From an uncultured Alphaproteobacteria bacterium (GTDB lineage: Bacteria; Pseudomonadota; Alphaproteobacteria; Rs-D84): a stretch of DNA of 51,781 bases. The stretch lies in assembly GCA_905236005.1 (NCBI GenBank), contig CAJONJ010000044.1, positions 1 through 51,781 of the forward strand, in the 5' to 3' direction. Positions 25,744 through 35,079 of this stretch are shown here, piece after piece; position 1 is the first letter of the stretch; each line of letters starts with the position of its first letter. The notes beneath the pieces were generated by a model, which worked only from the letters and a program-made list of their open reading frames with translations, was not told the DNA's origin and searched no databases. Made by a program: the position numbers and the translations under genes.

Positions 25744-27828
25744 ATGTTTTTATATGCTTTTTACAGACGTTACCTTTGGTTGTTAAGAATTATAGCTGTA
25801 TTCTTTATGGGGTTAATTGTTGCGTTTGTAATTGCTTTGCATCATATGAATCTGGAAACATTACGTGGTAATATATTGTCTGTTTTACGTGATGTAACAA
25901 ATATGCCCATAGAAATAGATGGAAAAATTTCTTGGAAATTTTCTTTAAGACCACAAATAGAATTAAATGATGTGCGTATTCCAAATGCTGATTGGGCAAA
26001 ACAAAAAAATTTATTTTTGGCTGATAAAATAGACGTGCGTTTGGATTTGTTATCGTTGTTAAAATCAAAACCTGTAATCAGGTATATCACTGTACATGAT
26101 GCGAATATATATGTGGAAAAAAATAAAGAAGGTAAAACTTCTGTTGTGTACAATAATACACAAACATCAGATAATCAGCCGGATACAACAAAAACAGAAT
26201 TTGATAAATACCCTGTGGTTGAATTGCCTTTTGCTGGTTTATCAATACATAAAATGCATGTTGTTTTAAATGGTGATAAATATGATTTAAACAGTTTAAG
26301 TTTTCATAATTATATGCATGATGGTAATTTAGAATACAGTGGATGGATTAGACCGCATAAAACCAATATACCATTTGTTATAAAATTTTCTGAATATAAT
26401 GCAGAAAGAAAAATATATCCTGTGCGAATCGCATTTTCAATGGGTGATGATGCTTTGATAGCAGATGTGGCATTAGAAAGAACCAGTAAAATGCCAATAG
26501 ATTTTATTATCCGTGGTGATGTGGTAAATTTAGATGTTTTGGGTAATTGGGTGAACAAAGATGTAGCTGGGTTGCCGAGAATAAAAGTCAATGTAGCGGG
26601 TGGATTAGATGTGCAAAAAATATCGTTCAGAAAATCTTCTGTGGCGATTGGTAATTCTAATATAAATTTTTCAGGAACATATGACTGGTCAAAAAATATT
26701 CCTGCGATTAACGCAAAAATTTCATCAGATAATATTGATTTGTATAAATCTTTTCCACACTGGTATGGAGCAGGACAAGAATATATTCATCCAAATCGTG
26801 AATTAAATGTTTTTCATGATATGCCATTGTATGGGAAATATTTGTATGACAAAGATGTGAATCTTGAAGTAAATTTGACTAGATTTATTGTTTATCGTTC
26901 TTTGAATCTTGGAAATTTAAAAGCAAAGGCAAATGTTAAAAATCATGTTTTAACAATAGATGCTTCTTTGGACATAGCTGGCGGTCATTTGCAATCTGCG
27001 TTGATTGCAGATATAGATGCAAATGGGGTGTATACGGCTAAATGGGCGGCACATGTGGATAAAATGTATATTGGTGATATATTGAAAGAAATACGTGTTC
27101 ATAATATTATTTCTGGTCTACCAGTGAATATTGATTTATATACAGAATCAACTGGTTCAAATATGTCTGAAATTATGCAGACAATTACTGGACCTGTGTT
27201 GTTGCATTCTGTGGACAAAGGTTATGCACATGCTGATTTGGTTGAATATATGTATGGTGGTGATTTCTTGACTTCGTTGCGTCATAATGTAGAAGATTTA
27301 TTCAGTGGTGATAAAAAACACGACATGATTGAAATAGGTGGGGCAATCGCAAATCTGAAATTGCGTAACGGGTCAATTGAAACACAAAATGGTGTTGCGG
27401 TTGAAACAAAAGCAATAAATGTTCGTTTAATTGGTGTGTTAGATTTGGGTAAAGAACAAATTCAGATGTCTTTGGCAACGGTGCCTGTGCGTGGATTAAA
27501 GTTGTCTTTGTCGGGTAATTTGGTAAATGCGTTACAGATTAATGGTAATTTAGCAGAACCAGATTTTAAATTGAACAGTGGTGCATTAGTCGGCAAAGTA
27601 GGGTCTGCTGTTGGTTTGGGATTGTTGCTGGCACCATTAACCGGTGGTTTAAGTTTGGCTGGTGGTTTTGTAGCAGGATTATTGGCGGGCGATTTATTAG
27701 AAGGTTGGTTGTCGGATAATCATCCGTATAAAACTGCGATGAAGAAAGGTGCATCGTTGAAGAAAGGTGATCCTGAATGGTTCAAAATGTCAATGTTTGA
27801 TCTGATTGATGGAATGTTGAACAGATAA
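25744..27828 (+). CDS. AsmA-family outer-membrane assembly protein
   Basis: 694-aa ORF with an N-terminal membrane anchor followed by a long beta-rich region and a glycine-rich hydrophobic C-terminus; architecture typical of AsmA-like proteins. Confidence 0.7.
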   Translation: MFLYAFYRRYLWLLRIIAVFFMGLIVAFVIALHHMNLETLRGNILSVLRDVTNMPIEIDGKISWKFSLRPQIELNDVRIPNADWAKQKNLFLADKIDVRLDLLSLLKSKPVIRYITVHDANIYVEKNKEGKTSVVYNNTQTSDNQPDTTKTEFDKYPVVELPFAGLSIHKMHVVLNGDKYDLNSLSFHNYMHDGNLEYSGWIRPHKTNIPFVIKFSEYNAERKIYPVRIAFSMGDDALIADVALERTSKMPIDFIIRGDVVNLDVLGNWVNKDVAGLPRIKVNVAGGLDVQKISFRKSSVAIGNSNINFSGTYDWSKNIPAINAKISSDNIDLYKSFPHWYGAGQEYIHPNRELNVFHDMPLYGKYLYDKDVNLEVNLTRFIVYRSLNLGNLKAKANVKNHVLTIDASLDIAGGHLQSALIADIDANGVYTAKWAAHVDKMYIGDILKEIRVHNIISGLPVNIDLYTESTGSNMSEIMQTITGPVLLHSVDKGYAHADLVEYMYGGDFLTSLRHNVEDLFSGDKKHDMIEIGGAIANLKLRNGSIETQNGVAVETKAINVRLIGVLDLGKEQIQMSLATVPVRGLKLSLSGNLVNALQINGNLAEPDFKLNSGALVGKVGSAVGLGLLLAPLTGGLSLAGGFVAGLLAGDLLEGWLSDNHPYKTAMKKGASLKKGDPEWFKMSMFDLIDGMLNR

Positions 27829-27883
27829 CATATGTTTTTTTGTCAAATTTTTCGTAAAACGAGACTGATATTATTTACTCTTG

Positions 27884-27902
27884 CACCGAATCGGTGTTTT
27901 TT
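27884..27902 (+). terminator. Short hairpin plus T-run (terminator or attenuator before dnaN)
   Basis: caccg aat cggtg followed by tttttt. Confidence 0.45.
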
Positions 27903-27954
27903 GCTAAACTTTCATTAAATAATAAGAAAACAAAAAAAGAACAGGAGAAATATT

Positions 27955-29067
27955 ATGGAATTTTCAGTGTTTCGTCAGGATTTAATCAGGGCATTGGGAC
28001 ATATGCAATCTATCGTTGAAAAACGTGCTGCGTTGCCGATTTTGATGAATGTAAAAATAGAAGTCGCTGACGATTTAATTTTGTCTGCAACAAATGTTGA
28101 TTTGGAATTGGTTGAACATGTCAAAGCAGATGTTACTTTGTCTGGCAAGACAACTGTACCTGTTCAAATGTTGTATGATATTGTTCGTAAATTACCTGAT
28201 GATGCAGAAATCAGTTTTAAACAATCTGGTGACCAGCTAGTAGTATCCAGTGGTCGTGCGGTATTCCATTTGCCAACGTTACCTGCTGAAAATTTTCCTG
28301 CGATGGCTGGTGGAAACCTTAGTACGAAATTCCAAATGACAACAGGTGATTTGGCACATTTGATAAATCAAACAAAATTTGCAATTCCAACAGATGATGT
28401 TCGTTATCATTTAGGTGGTATCTTTTTCCATATTTCAGAAGATACTGGTAAATTAACTGCTGTTGCGACCGATGCACAACGTATGGCTTTGTGTGCTATG
28501 GCTGCCCCAAATGGCAGTAATGCTATGCCATCTGTGATTTTGCCAAGACGTGTTATTGGTGAATTGTCTAAATTGTTGGAAGATGCAAATGTTGATGATG
28601 TGTTGATTGAATTGTCTGATACCAAGGCTAGATTTACGGTTGGGGTTGCGATTTTGACCAGTAAATTGGTTGATGCACAGTATCCAAATTATCGTGTCGT
28701 TATTCCAAAGGGTAATGACAAGATTGCTGTGATGGACAGAAAGCAATTTATAAATGCTGTGGATTTGGTGTCTGTCGCCAGTGTTGATAAAACTAAATCT
28801 GTTCAGTTGTCTTTTTCTATGAATAAATTGGTCATTAATGCATCCAGTCCAGATGCTGGAACAGCAACTCAGGAATTAGATGTAGAATATAATGGTGACA
28901 CAACATTTACAATTAATTTTAATGTGAAATTCTTGTTAGATGTTGCTGGTCAGGTAGAAGGTGAAAAATTCCAGATGGAAATGCAGGAATCTTTGTCGCC
29001 AACCATTATCAAATCTACTGACAAAAATACAGATGCATTGTTTGTATTGATGCCAATGCGGATGTAA
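27955..29067 (+). CDS. dnaN: DNA polymerase III beta sliding clamp
   Basis: 370-aa ORF, three-domain clamp-like sequence (LPILMNVKIEV..., RYHLGGIFFHI..., ending LFVLMPMRM). Confidence 0.93.
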   Translation: MEFSVFRQDLIRALGHMQSIVEKRAALPILMNVKIEVADDLILSATNVDLELVEHVKADVTLSGKTTVPVQMLYDIVRKLPDDAEISFKQSGDQLVVSSGRAVFHLPTLPAENFPAMAGGNLSTKFQMTTGDLAHLINQTKFAIPTDDVRYHLGGIFFHISEDTGKLTAVATDAQRMALCAMAAPNGSNAMPSVILPRRVIGELSKLLEDANVDDVLIELSDTKARFTVGVAILTSKLVDAQYPNYRVVIPKGNDKIAVMDRKQFINAVDLVSVASVDKTKSVQLSFSMNKLVINASSPDAGTATQELDVEYNGDTTFTINFNVKFLLDVAGQVEGEKFQMEMQESLSPTIIKSTDKNTDALFVLMPMRM

Positions 29068-29075
29068 AAATAAAT

Positions 29076-29104
29076 AAAAATCCGCCAATTTGGCGGATTT
29101 TTTA
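29076..29104 (+). terminator. Rho-independent terminator
   Basis: aaaaatccgcca att tggcggattttt. Confidence 0.85.
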
Positions 29105-29124
29105 TTTTGTGTAAAGGAAAGAAA

Positions 29125-29646
29125 ATGAAGAAAATTATATCTGGTGAAATGCCACCAAAAATAATGAATGCGATTATAGAAATTCCAGAAAATAGTGTTA
29201 CTAAATATGAATTTGATGAATATGCGGGTGTATTGAAAGTTTCACGAATTATGCAAACTCCAGCTGTGTATCCAGCTAATTATGGTTTTTTCCCGGAAAC
29301 ACTGGGCGAAGATGGAGATCCGTTAGATTGCTTAGTTATATGCAGCACATCTTTGTTGCCTGGTTCTTTGATACAAGTGCGTCCAATTGGTGTTTTGGAA
29401 GTAGAAGATCAATCCGGTGGTGATAAAAAAGTTATTTGTGTTCCTTTGGACAAAATAGATGCATACTACAAAAATGTGAAATCTTTGGAAGATATGCCTG
29501 ATATTGTGAAATCAAGAGTTGAATACTTTTTTCAGCATTATAAAGATTTACAGCCTGAATCTTGGTCTAAAGTAATTGGCTGGAAAGATGTGTCAGATGC
29601 AGAAAAATGTATAAATGAAGCAATTGTTAGGTATAAAAATAATTAG
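29125..29646 (+). CDS. ppa: Inorganic pyrophosphatase (family I)
   Basis: NAIIEIPENSVTKYEFDE ... YPANYGFFPETLGEDGDPLDCLVI motifs; start trimmed to MKKIISGE. Confidence 0.92.
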   Translation: MKKIISGEMPPKIMNAIIEIPENSVTKYEFDEYAGVLKVSRIMQTPAVYPANYGFFPETLGEDGDPLDCLVICSTSLLPGSLIQVRPIGVLEVEDQSGGDKKVICVPLDKIDAYYKNVKSLEDMPDIVKSRVEYFFQHYKDLQPESWSKVIGWKDVSDAEKCINEAIVRYKNN

Positions 29647-29677
29647 TGTGAATAAATAGTTGCGAATATCAAAAGTT

Positions 29678-29686
29678 TGTTATATT
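29678..29686 (+). promoter_or_regulatory. Extended -10-like element TGTTATATT upstream of efp
   Basis: TGnTATATT 43 nt upstream of the efp start. Confidence 0.4.
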
Positions 29687-29728
29687 CTTATGCTTATTCG
29701 GTTAATTTTGAAATAAGAGGTAAAAACA

Positions 29729-30298
29729 ATGGCATCTTATATTGCAAATGATATGCGTGTTGGTTGGGTTATTTCCCACAATGGTAAACGTTATTCTGTT
29801 ACTTCTATTACAAAGGTTAAACCAGGCAAGGGTGGCGCTTTTGTTCAGGCAGATTTACGTGATATTGATTCAGGTAACAAAGGTATGGACCGTTGGCGTT
29901 CAGAAGATAAAGTTGAAAAGTTGATGGTTGAAGATTTAGATTGCCAATATTTGTATTCTGATGGAACAGATGCTTTCTTTATGAATTTGTCAGATTATGA
30001 ACAATTTACAATGCCAAATGAAAGTTTGGGCGAACAGATGAAATTCTTGGTTCCTGAAATGACAGTCAAAGCTAATTTTGTAGAAGGACATCCTGTATCT
30101 ATTACTTTGCCAAAAACAGTTATCGCAACAGTTGAAGAAACAGAACCTGCATTGAAAGGGCAGACTGCTACTGGTAGCGGTGGAAAACCAGCTATTTTAG
30201 ATAATGGTGTTCGTGTTCAAGTTCCTGTATTTATTGAACAAGGTGAAAAGATTGTCGTAAATACTGAAACATTAGAATATGTAGAACGGGCGAAATAA
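29729..30298 (+). CDS. efp: Elongation factor P
   Basis: 189-aa ORF with KVKPGKGGAFVQADLRD loop region typical of EF-P. Confidence 0.96.
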   Translation: MASYIANDMRVGWVISHNGKRYSVTSITKVKPGKGGAFVQADLRDIDSGNKGMDRWRSEDKVEKLMVEDLDCQYLYSDGTDAFFMNLSDYEQFTMPNESLGEQMKFLVPEMTVKANFVEGHPVSITLPKTVIATVEETEPALKGQTATGSGGKPAILDNGVRVQVPVFIEQGEKIVVNTETLEYVERAK

Positions 30299-30382
30299 AA
30301 TTTAACAATAATTTGTTTGCCGTTATCTTGTGTGTGTATTGTTTGTGCATTTGCTGGATAACGGCATTATATTTACATTGGT

Positions 30383-31324
30383 TTATATTTTATTATTTGA
30401 ACCCATAATATTTTTAATTTCATTTACGCAATTTTGAGTCATATTTTCCATAGCAGATTGTAGATATATGCGTGGGTTAATTATATCTGGATGTTTTGAA
30501 AACATTTCACGAATGTTTGCTGTAAAGGCTAAGCGAGAGTCGCTGTCTATATTTATTTTTGCGACATGTAAAGATATTGCGTGGCGTAACTGAGCAGGGT
30601 TGATGCCATGTGCATAGTTTATATTGCCACCAAATTTATTGATTTTGTTAATAAATTTTTGTGGAATAGTTGAAGCACCATGTAATACCAGAGGTGTTTT
30701 TGGAATGTTTGTTGCAATTTGTTTTAAAATGTCAAACCGTAGTTTTTCGTTTTCGTTTTTTCTTTTGTAAATACCATGTGTTGTTCCGATGGCAACAGCC
30801 AGAGAATCTGTCTCAGTTTGTTTAACAAAATCAGCGACAATATCAGGATTTGTGTATAAATGCGAATCGGAAAAAGTTTGCTCGTCTTCTATGCCAGCCA
30901 ATATTCCTAGTTCTGTTTCAGTTGATACATTGAATTTATGAGCATAATCGGCAACTTGTTTTGATATTTTAATGTTTTGATTTAATGGCAGGTTGCTGCC
31001 GTCAAACATAACAGACGAAAATCCTAGATTTATTGCTTTTTTACATGAATCAAAACTGTGTCCATGGTCCAGATGCAAAGCAATTTGGTTTTTTTTGTGT
31101 TTAATATTGGCAATCATTCCCATCAATATATCGCTGCCCATATATTGTAAAGCCGATTCGGATATAGCTAATATAACTGGGCTGTGTGTTGTTTCGGCAG
31201 CGTGTAATATTGCCAGCAAAGATTCCATGTTATAAAAATTGAAAGCGGGAACAGCATATCCATGATGCATGGCATGTATCAGTAATTTTTTTGTGTTTGT
31301 TAAACCAAATTCAGAAAAATGCAT
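30383..31324 (-). CDS. fba: Class II fructose/tagatose-bisphosphate aldolase
   Basis: GYAVPAFNFYNMESLLAIL, HLDHGHSFD, VLHGAST motifs of class II ketose-bisphosphate aldolases. Confidence 0.88.
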   Translation of the reverse strand: MHFSEFGLTNTKKLLIHAMHHGYAVPAFNFYNMESLLAILHAAETTHSPVILAISESALQYMGSDILMGMIANIKHKKNQIALHLDHGHSFDSCKKAINLGFSSVMFDGSNLPLNQNIKISKQVADYAHKFNVSTETELGILAGIEDEQTFSDSHLYTNPDIVADFVKQTETDSLAVAIGTTHGIYKRKNENEKLRFDILKQIATNIPKTPLVLHGASTIPQKFINKINKFGGNINYAHGINPAQLRHAISLHVAKINIDSDSRLAFTANIREMFSKHPDIINPRIYLQSAMENMTQNCVNEIKNIMGSNNKI

Positions 31325-31472
31325 ATTTAAAGTCCTTTGTTTTATAATTATATCACAAAAATAGTATTTTTAGGTGTGTTTTTTGCATAATATCTTGACA
31401 ATTGGTGTTTTTATGCAACAATCTGTCTGATTAAACGGGAAGTCGTGAGAGATATAACAAAGGAAACACAAA

Positions 31473-31841
31473 ATGAAAAAAGCATTGTTTGCTATGTTGG
31501 GCTTGGGTCTGTTGGCTGCTTGCACAGGTTATGATTATTACAAAACGGATGTTCGTTATTATCAAGATGATGAAGATTGTATCTATTATTCTAATGAACG
31601 TGGTAAAAGATTTGATTATGACGTTCGTGCATTAAGAGATGGCAATCGTATTGTTTATCGCAATACTCGTTGTGCTGATTTGTTCAAGAAAGATACAGCA
31701 GGTGCTGCTGAACGTAATGACAGACGTGCAATTATCAATGTTCCAGCTGCTGTTGAAGAAACACCAGCACCAAGTTGTGGTTGTTCAAAATGTGGTAAAA
31801 AGACAGTTTTGAAAAATAAATACATCATTATTCCTGCGTAA
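31473..31841 (+). CDS. Small lipoprotein of unknown function
   Basis: Lipobox MKKALFAMLGLGLLAAC; 122 aa; followed by a hairpin terminator (31864-31897). Confidence 0.6.
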   Translation: MKKALFAMLGLGLLAACTGYDYYKTDVRYYQDDEDCIYYSNERGKRFDYDVRALRDGNRIVYRNTRCADLFKKDTAGAAERNDRRAIINVPAAVEETPAPSCGCSKCGKKTVLKNKYIIIPA

Positions 31842-31918
31842 TTACGTTGGAAAAGGTCTTTATAAAAGCACTGTTTGGAAAAAATGGTGCTTTTTTTGTT
31901 TGTTTTTTTGTGAAAATG

Positions 31919-31927
31919 TGGTAGAAT
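31919..31927 (+). promoter_or_regulatory. Extended -10-like element TGGTAGAAT
   Basis: TGnTAGAAT 27 nt upstream of the 31954 start, after the preceding terminator. Confidence 0.4.
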
Positions 31928-31953
31928 AGCAAGCAAAGAAAGGAGTTTTTCAA

Positions 31954-32310
31954 ATGAAAAAAATAGTGAATAAAATAAGTTTTGTTTTGATTTCTGCTAT
32001 GACGTCGGTATCGGCATTGGCGGCTGATAATACAGGTTCGGCAATTCAAGATTGTGCGTTCGTAGACAAATTGCATCAGGTGTTTCGTTTATTACAAGCT
32101 TTTGCGTTTATTGGTGCTGCGTTCTTTATTGCTGGTTGGGCATGGGATTTTATTGCCGGTGGTAAAGCAGAAGTTAAAACTATTAAAGAAAAAGGAACTG
32201 GTTTGTTAGTAGGGTTCCTGTTATTGTTTATGGTTGGGGTGATATTAGGCTTTGTATCCAAAACGGTAAGCAATAATTATGATATAGATTGTGGTCTGGC
32301 AAATTGGTAA
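31954..32310 (+). CDS. VirB2/TrbC-like type IV secretion pilin candidate
   Basis: 118 aa: signal peptide ending SALA/AD, then two hydrophobic helices (AFAFIGAAFFIAGWAWDFIA and GLLVGFLLLFMVGVILGFV) separated by a charged loop GGKAEVKTIKEKG. The topology matches T4SS pilins; there is no sequence-level proof. Confidence 0.4.
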   Translation: MKKIVNKISFVLISAMTSVSALAADNTGSAIQDCAFVDKLHQVFRLLQAFAFIGAAFFIAGWAWDFIAGGKAEVKTIKEKGTGLLVGFLLLFMVGVILGFVSKTVSNNYDIDCGLANW

Positions 32311-32313
32311 AAT

Positions 32314-32342
32314 AAAAAAACCGTCATCTGGACGGTTTTTTT
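32314..32342. terminator. Bidirectional rho-independent terminator
   Basis: aaaaaaa ccgtc atctg gacgg ttttttt between convergent genes. Confidence 0.8.
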
Positions 32343-32356
32343 AATGTGTTATTGTG

Positions 32357-33316
32357 TTACAAAGATTTTTTGTATTCTGTTGACCATAAATATTTGCGAG
32401 CATTTTCAATTCTTCTGACGATTTCTTTGAAATCCGTTTGTGTTAAAAAGTCTTCTGGGTTTTTGTTACCCTCTGTGTGCTTTTGAAATTTGCTGCGTGC
32501 TATTTGAGCACTTTCAGCACACTGTCTGGCTATTCTATCACGTGTTGAATATTCATGTTGTTCAGATACATAATTTACAATATCTTGTAACATATAATAT
32601 ACATATATCCATTGTTCTGGCATTAAATGTGTTGTTGGTGAGTTTGTAATATTGTATTTGTTTTTCAAATTTTGTATATCTGTTGTTGCAAACAGTTCGC
32701 ACCATATAACATTTAATAAATAATCAAAATTTTCTGTTTTGTTTTTTTGTTTCAGCTGCTCTGCTAATAAATTATCAACGTTTTCTGGTGTTGTTTCTTG
32801 TTTCAAACGGTCTGCGACCATGGCATAAAAGATTCTGGTAACATTTTGTATTTTTTTAGATGTCCGATACAGGTTGATTTCGTTTGCATAATTGATTAAA
32901 TCTGTCAAAGATGCATTTGGAAATAAAAAGTACGCCTGAGAAAATTCGGTGTTGTAAAATTTTTGAAAATAAAATTCGCAACCTAAACGGGATATTTGTT
33001 GATCTAGATTGTGTTCTGAATATCCAGTGTCTATACTGTTTAATGTTTTGTTGTTTTGGTTGCAGATAGTTTTTACGTGAACCGGATTTGACATCAGGTA
33101 TTTGTAACCAGGAATTGTTTTTACAATATTGTCTTTTAATTTGGTGTGAAAATAATCAACGATTATCAGTCGGTCTTGTTCCAGTATGTCGGAATGTATT
33201 GCGGCGATGTCAGACCATTTCCAAAATTCAATTTGGTCTTTGTTGAAATGTTTTGCCTGATTTAATAATTCTAATTTTTCTTTGGCATCTTCTAAATTTA
33301 AATCAATCAGATTCAT
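32357..33316 (-). CDS. Unknown 319-aa cytoplasmic helical protein, downstream partner of the RHH gene
   Basis: Intact ORF 5 nt downstream of the RHH gene on the same strand; no signal peptide or TM; no motif I can assign (an RSKFQKH stretch fits Rx4-6H only loosely). Confidence 0.6.
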   Translation of the reverse strand: MNLIDLNLEDAKEKLELLNQAKHFNKDQIEFWKWSDIAAIHSDILEQDRLIIVDYFHTKLKDNIVKTIPGYKYLMSNPVHVKTICNQNNKTLNSIDTGYSEHNLDQQISRLGCEFYFQKFYNTEFSQAYFLFPNASLTDLINYANEINLYRTSKKIQNVTRIFYAMVADRLKQETTPENVDNLLAEQLKQKNKTENFDYLLNVIWCELFATTDIQNLKNKYNITNSPTTHLMPEQWIYVYYMLQDIVNYVSEQHEYSTRDRIARQCAESAQIARSKFQKHTEGNKNPEDFLTQTDFKEIVRRIENARKYLWSTEYKKSL

Positions 33317-33321
33317 GTTGT

Positions 33322-33552
33322 TTAACCTTTTTTTGATTCGTCAACGTTGGCTAATGAAAATAATACAGATGATATTAACGATTGATAGGGGACATGTTGT
33401 GTTTCTGCTAATTCTTTAATTTTATCTAAAACTGGTTTTGGGATACGCATGTTTATAACGCAATCGGATTTATTGAAAGCACGATAAGCAGCATATTCTC
33501 GTAACAAAGATTCTATATTCATAACGAATAATTGTTGCATCACGTTCGGCAT
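33322..33552 (-). CDS. CopG/BrnA-like ribbon-helix-helix protein (antitoxin-like regulator)
   Basis: C-terminal VINMRIPKPVLDKIKELAETQHVPYQSLISSVLFSLA matches the beta-strand/helix/helix pattern and the PYQSLI signature of BrnA/CopG-type antitoxins; strong AGGAGA RBS. Confidence 0.7.
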   Translation of the reverse strand: MPNVMQQLFVMNIESLLREYAAYRAFNKSDCVINMRIPKPVLDKIKELAETQHVPYQSLISSVLFSLANVDESKKG

Positions 33553-33570
33553 ATACTATCTCCTATACAT

Positions 33571-33642
33571 CAGCCATTACAAATGACTATAACATTGTAT
33601 TTACATTTGTCAATACATTTGTGTATATGTTTGTGATGGCTG
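33571..33642. promoter_or_regulatory. Candidate operator: 13-bp inverted repeat enclosing iterated TACATTTGT motifs
   Basis: cagccattacaaa (33571-33583) versus tttgtgatggctg (33630-33642), one mismatch as an inverted repeat. TACATTTGT at 33602-33610 and 33614-33622, TATGTTTGT at 33626-33634 (12-nt period), inverted core at 33578-33585. Confidence 0.45.
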
Positions 33643-33711
33643 GAATATAGGCGTTTGTATGGATTGGTGTGTGGTAATGTTTTTTTATGGTTTTGATTTT
33701 TTATAGTTGCG

Positions 33712-33720
33712 TGTTAAAAT
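33712..33720 (+). promoter_or_regulatory. Extended -10-like element TGTTAAAAT upstream of tolB
   Basis: TGnTAAAAT 42 nt upstream of the tolB start. Confidence 0.4.
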
Positions 33721-33761
33721 TGTTACATTATCATAGTTGGGTAAAAGGAAAGGATTTATAG

Positions 33762-35078
33762 ATGAAAAAATTTCTTTGTGCGTTAGCATTTGTTGTTTTT
33801 GGTTTGTTCCCTGCTGTGGCAGAATTGCATGTTGATATTGTTGCGGGTGGAACAGAACCTATTGCGATAGCTGTTCAAAAATTTGAAACAATCGGTAAAG
33901 TTTCCGCTGCTGATGCAAAAATGTTACGGGAAGTTGTTGAAAATGATTTAAAAAGGACAGGGTTGTTCAGAATTGTAAATCATGATGCTTTTCCGCAGTT
34001 TGTTAAAATGAATGATATGCCTAATTTTAAAAGTTGGGCAGCCATTAAAACTCAGGCACTGGTTCAAGCCAGTGTAAAACCAGATGGCAAAGATAGTTAT
34101 AAATTGGAATTTTATTTGTGGGATGTTGCGGGCAAAGAACAAATAGAAGCACAAAGTTTAATTGCATCTAAGAAATCTGCAAGACGGTTAGCTCATATTA
34201 TGGCTGATGCTATTTATGAAAGATTAACCGGAGAAACCGGTTATTTTGATACGCAGATTATATTTATTGCTGAAACAGGTTCAGTAGATAGCAGGGTAAA
34301 ACGTATGGCTATTATGGATCAGGACGGTTTTGGTATGCGGTATTTGTCTGATAAAAATACTTTTGTAATGTCACCACATTTTTCACCAAATATGGCAACT
34401 GTTGTGTTTTTGTCTTTTCGTAATGATGACCCTATGGTGTGGGTTTTGGATTTAGATACAGGTGACCAAACTAAATTAGGTAATTTTGGTGGAATGAATT
34501 TTGCACCACGTTTTTCACCTGATGGAAACAAAGTAGCTTTGTCTTTGGTCAAAGATGGTATAACAAACATTTATGAATACAATATGGTTACCAAGACTTT
34601 GAAGCAATTGACATTTGGAAATCATATAGATACCAGTCCGTCTTATTCGCCAGATGGTAAATATCTTGCTTTTAATTCAGACAGAACAGGTTCTCAGCAG
34701 ATTCATGTTTTAGATTTGGCCAATGGGACACAAAAACGTATAACTTTTGGAGCAGGGCGATATGCAACCCCAGCTTGGTCGCCAGACGGACAATTTATTG
34801 CGTTTACTAAGATAGCAGAGGATACATTTTATATTGGTGTTATGAATCCGCAGGGACGTCATGAAAAAATTCTGGCTGGTGGTTGGTATATGGAAGCACC
34901 TTCTTGGGCACCTGGTTCCAGACGATTGGTATATTATGAAACAGAGAAAGCTGATAATGACAAAGATCGTATCAGCCATATTCGCAGTGTAGATATCACA
35001 GGACGTAATGTTTATGATATTGATTTACCTGATGGGGTAAATGGAACAGAACCAACATGGTCACCCAAGTTGCCGTAA
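33762..35078 (+). CDS. tolB: Tol-Pal system beta-propeller protein TolB
   Basis: Signal peptide plus repeated propeller blades (SPDGNKVALS, SPDGKYLAFNSDRTGSQQIHVLDL, SPDGQFIAFT). Confidence 0.93.
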   Translation: MKKFLCALAFVVFGLFPAVAELHVDIVAGGTEPIAIAVQKFETIGKVSAADAKMLREVVENDLKRTGLFRIVNHDAFPQFVKMNDMPNFKSWAAIKTQALVQASVKPDGKDSYKLEFYLWDVAGKEQIEAQSLIASKKSARRLAHIMADAIYERLTGETGYFDTQIIFIAETGSVDSRVKRMAIMDQDGFGMRYLSDKNTFVMSPHFSPNMATVVFLSFRNDDPMVWVLDLDTGDQTKLGNFGGMNFAPRFSPDGNKVALSLVKDGITNIYEYNMVTKTLKQLTFGNHIDTSPSYSPDGKYLAFNSDRTGSQQIHVLDLANGTQKRITFGAGRYATPAWSPDGQFIAFTKIAEDTFYIGVMNPQGRHEKILAGGWYMEAPSWAPGSRRLVYYETEKADNDKDRISHIRSVDITGRNVYDIDLPDGVNGTEPTWSPKLP

Positions 35079-35079
35079 A

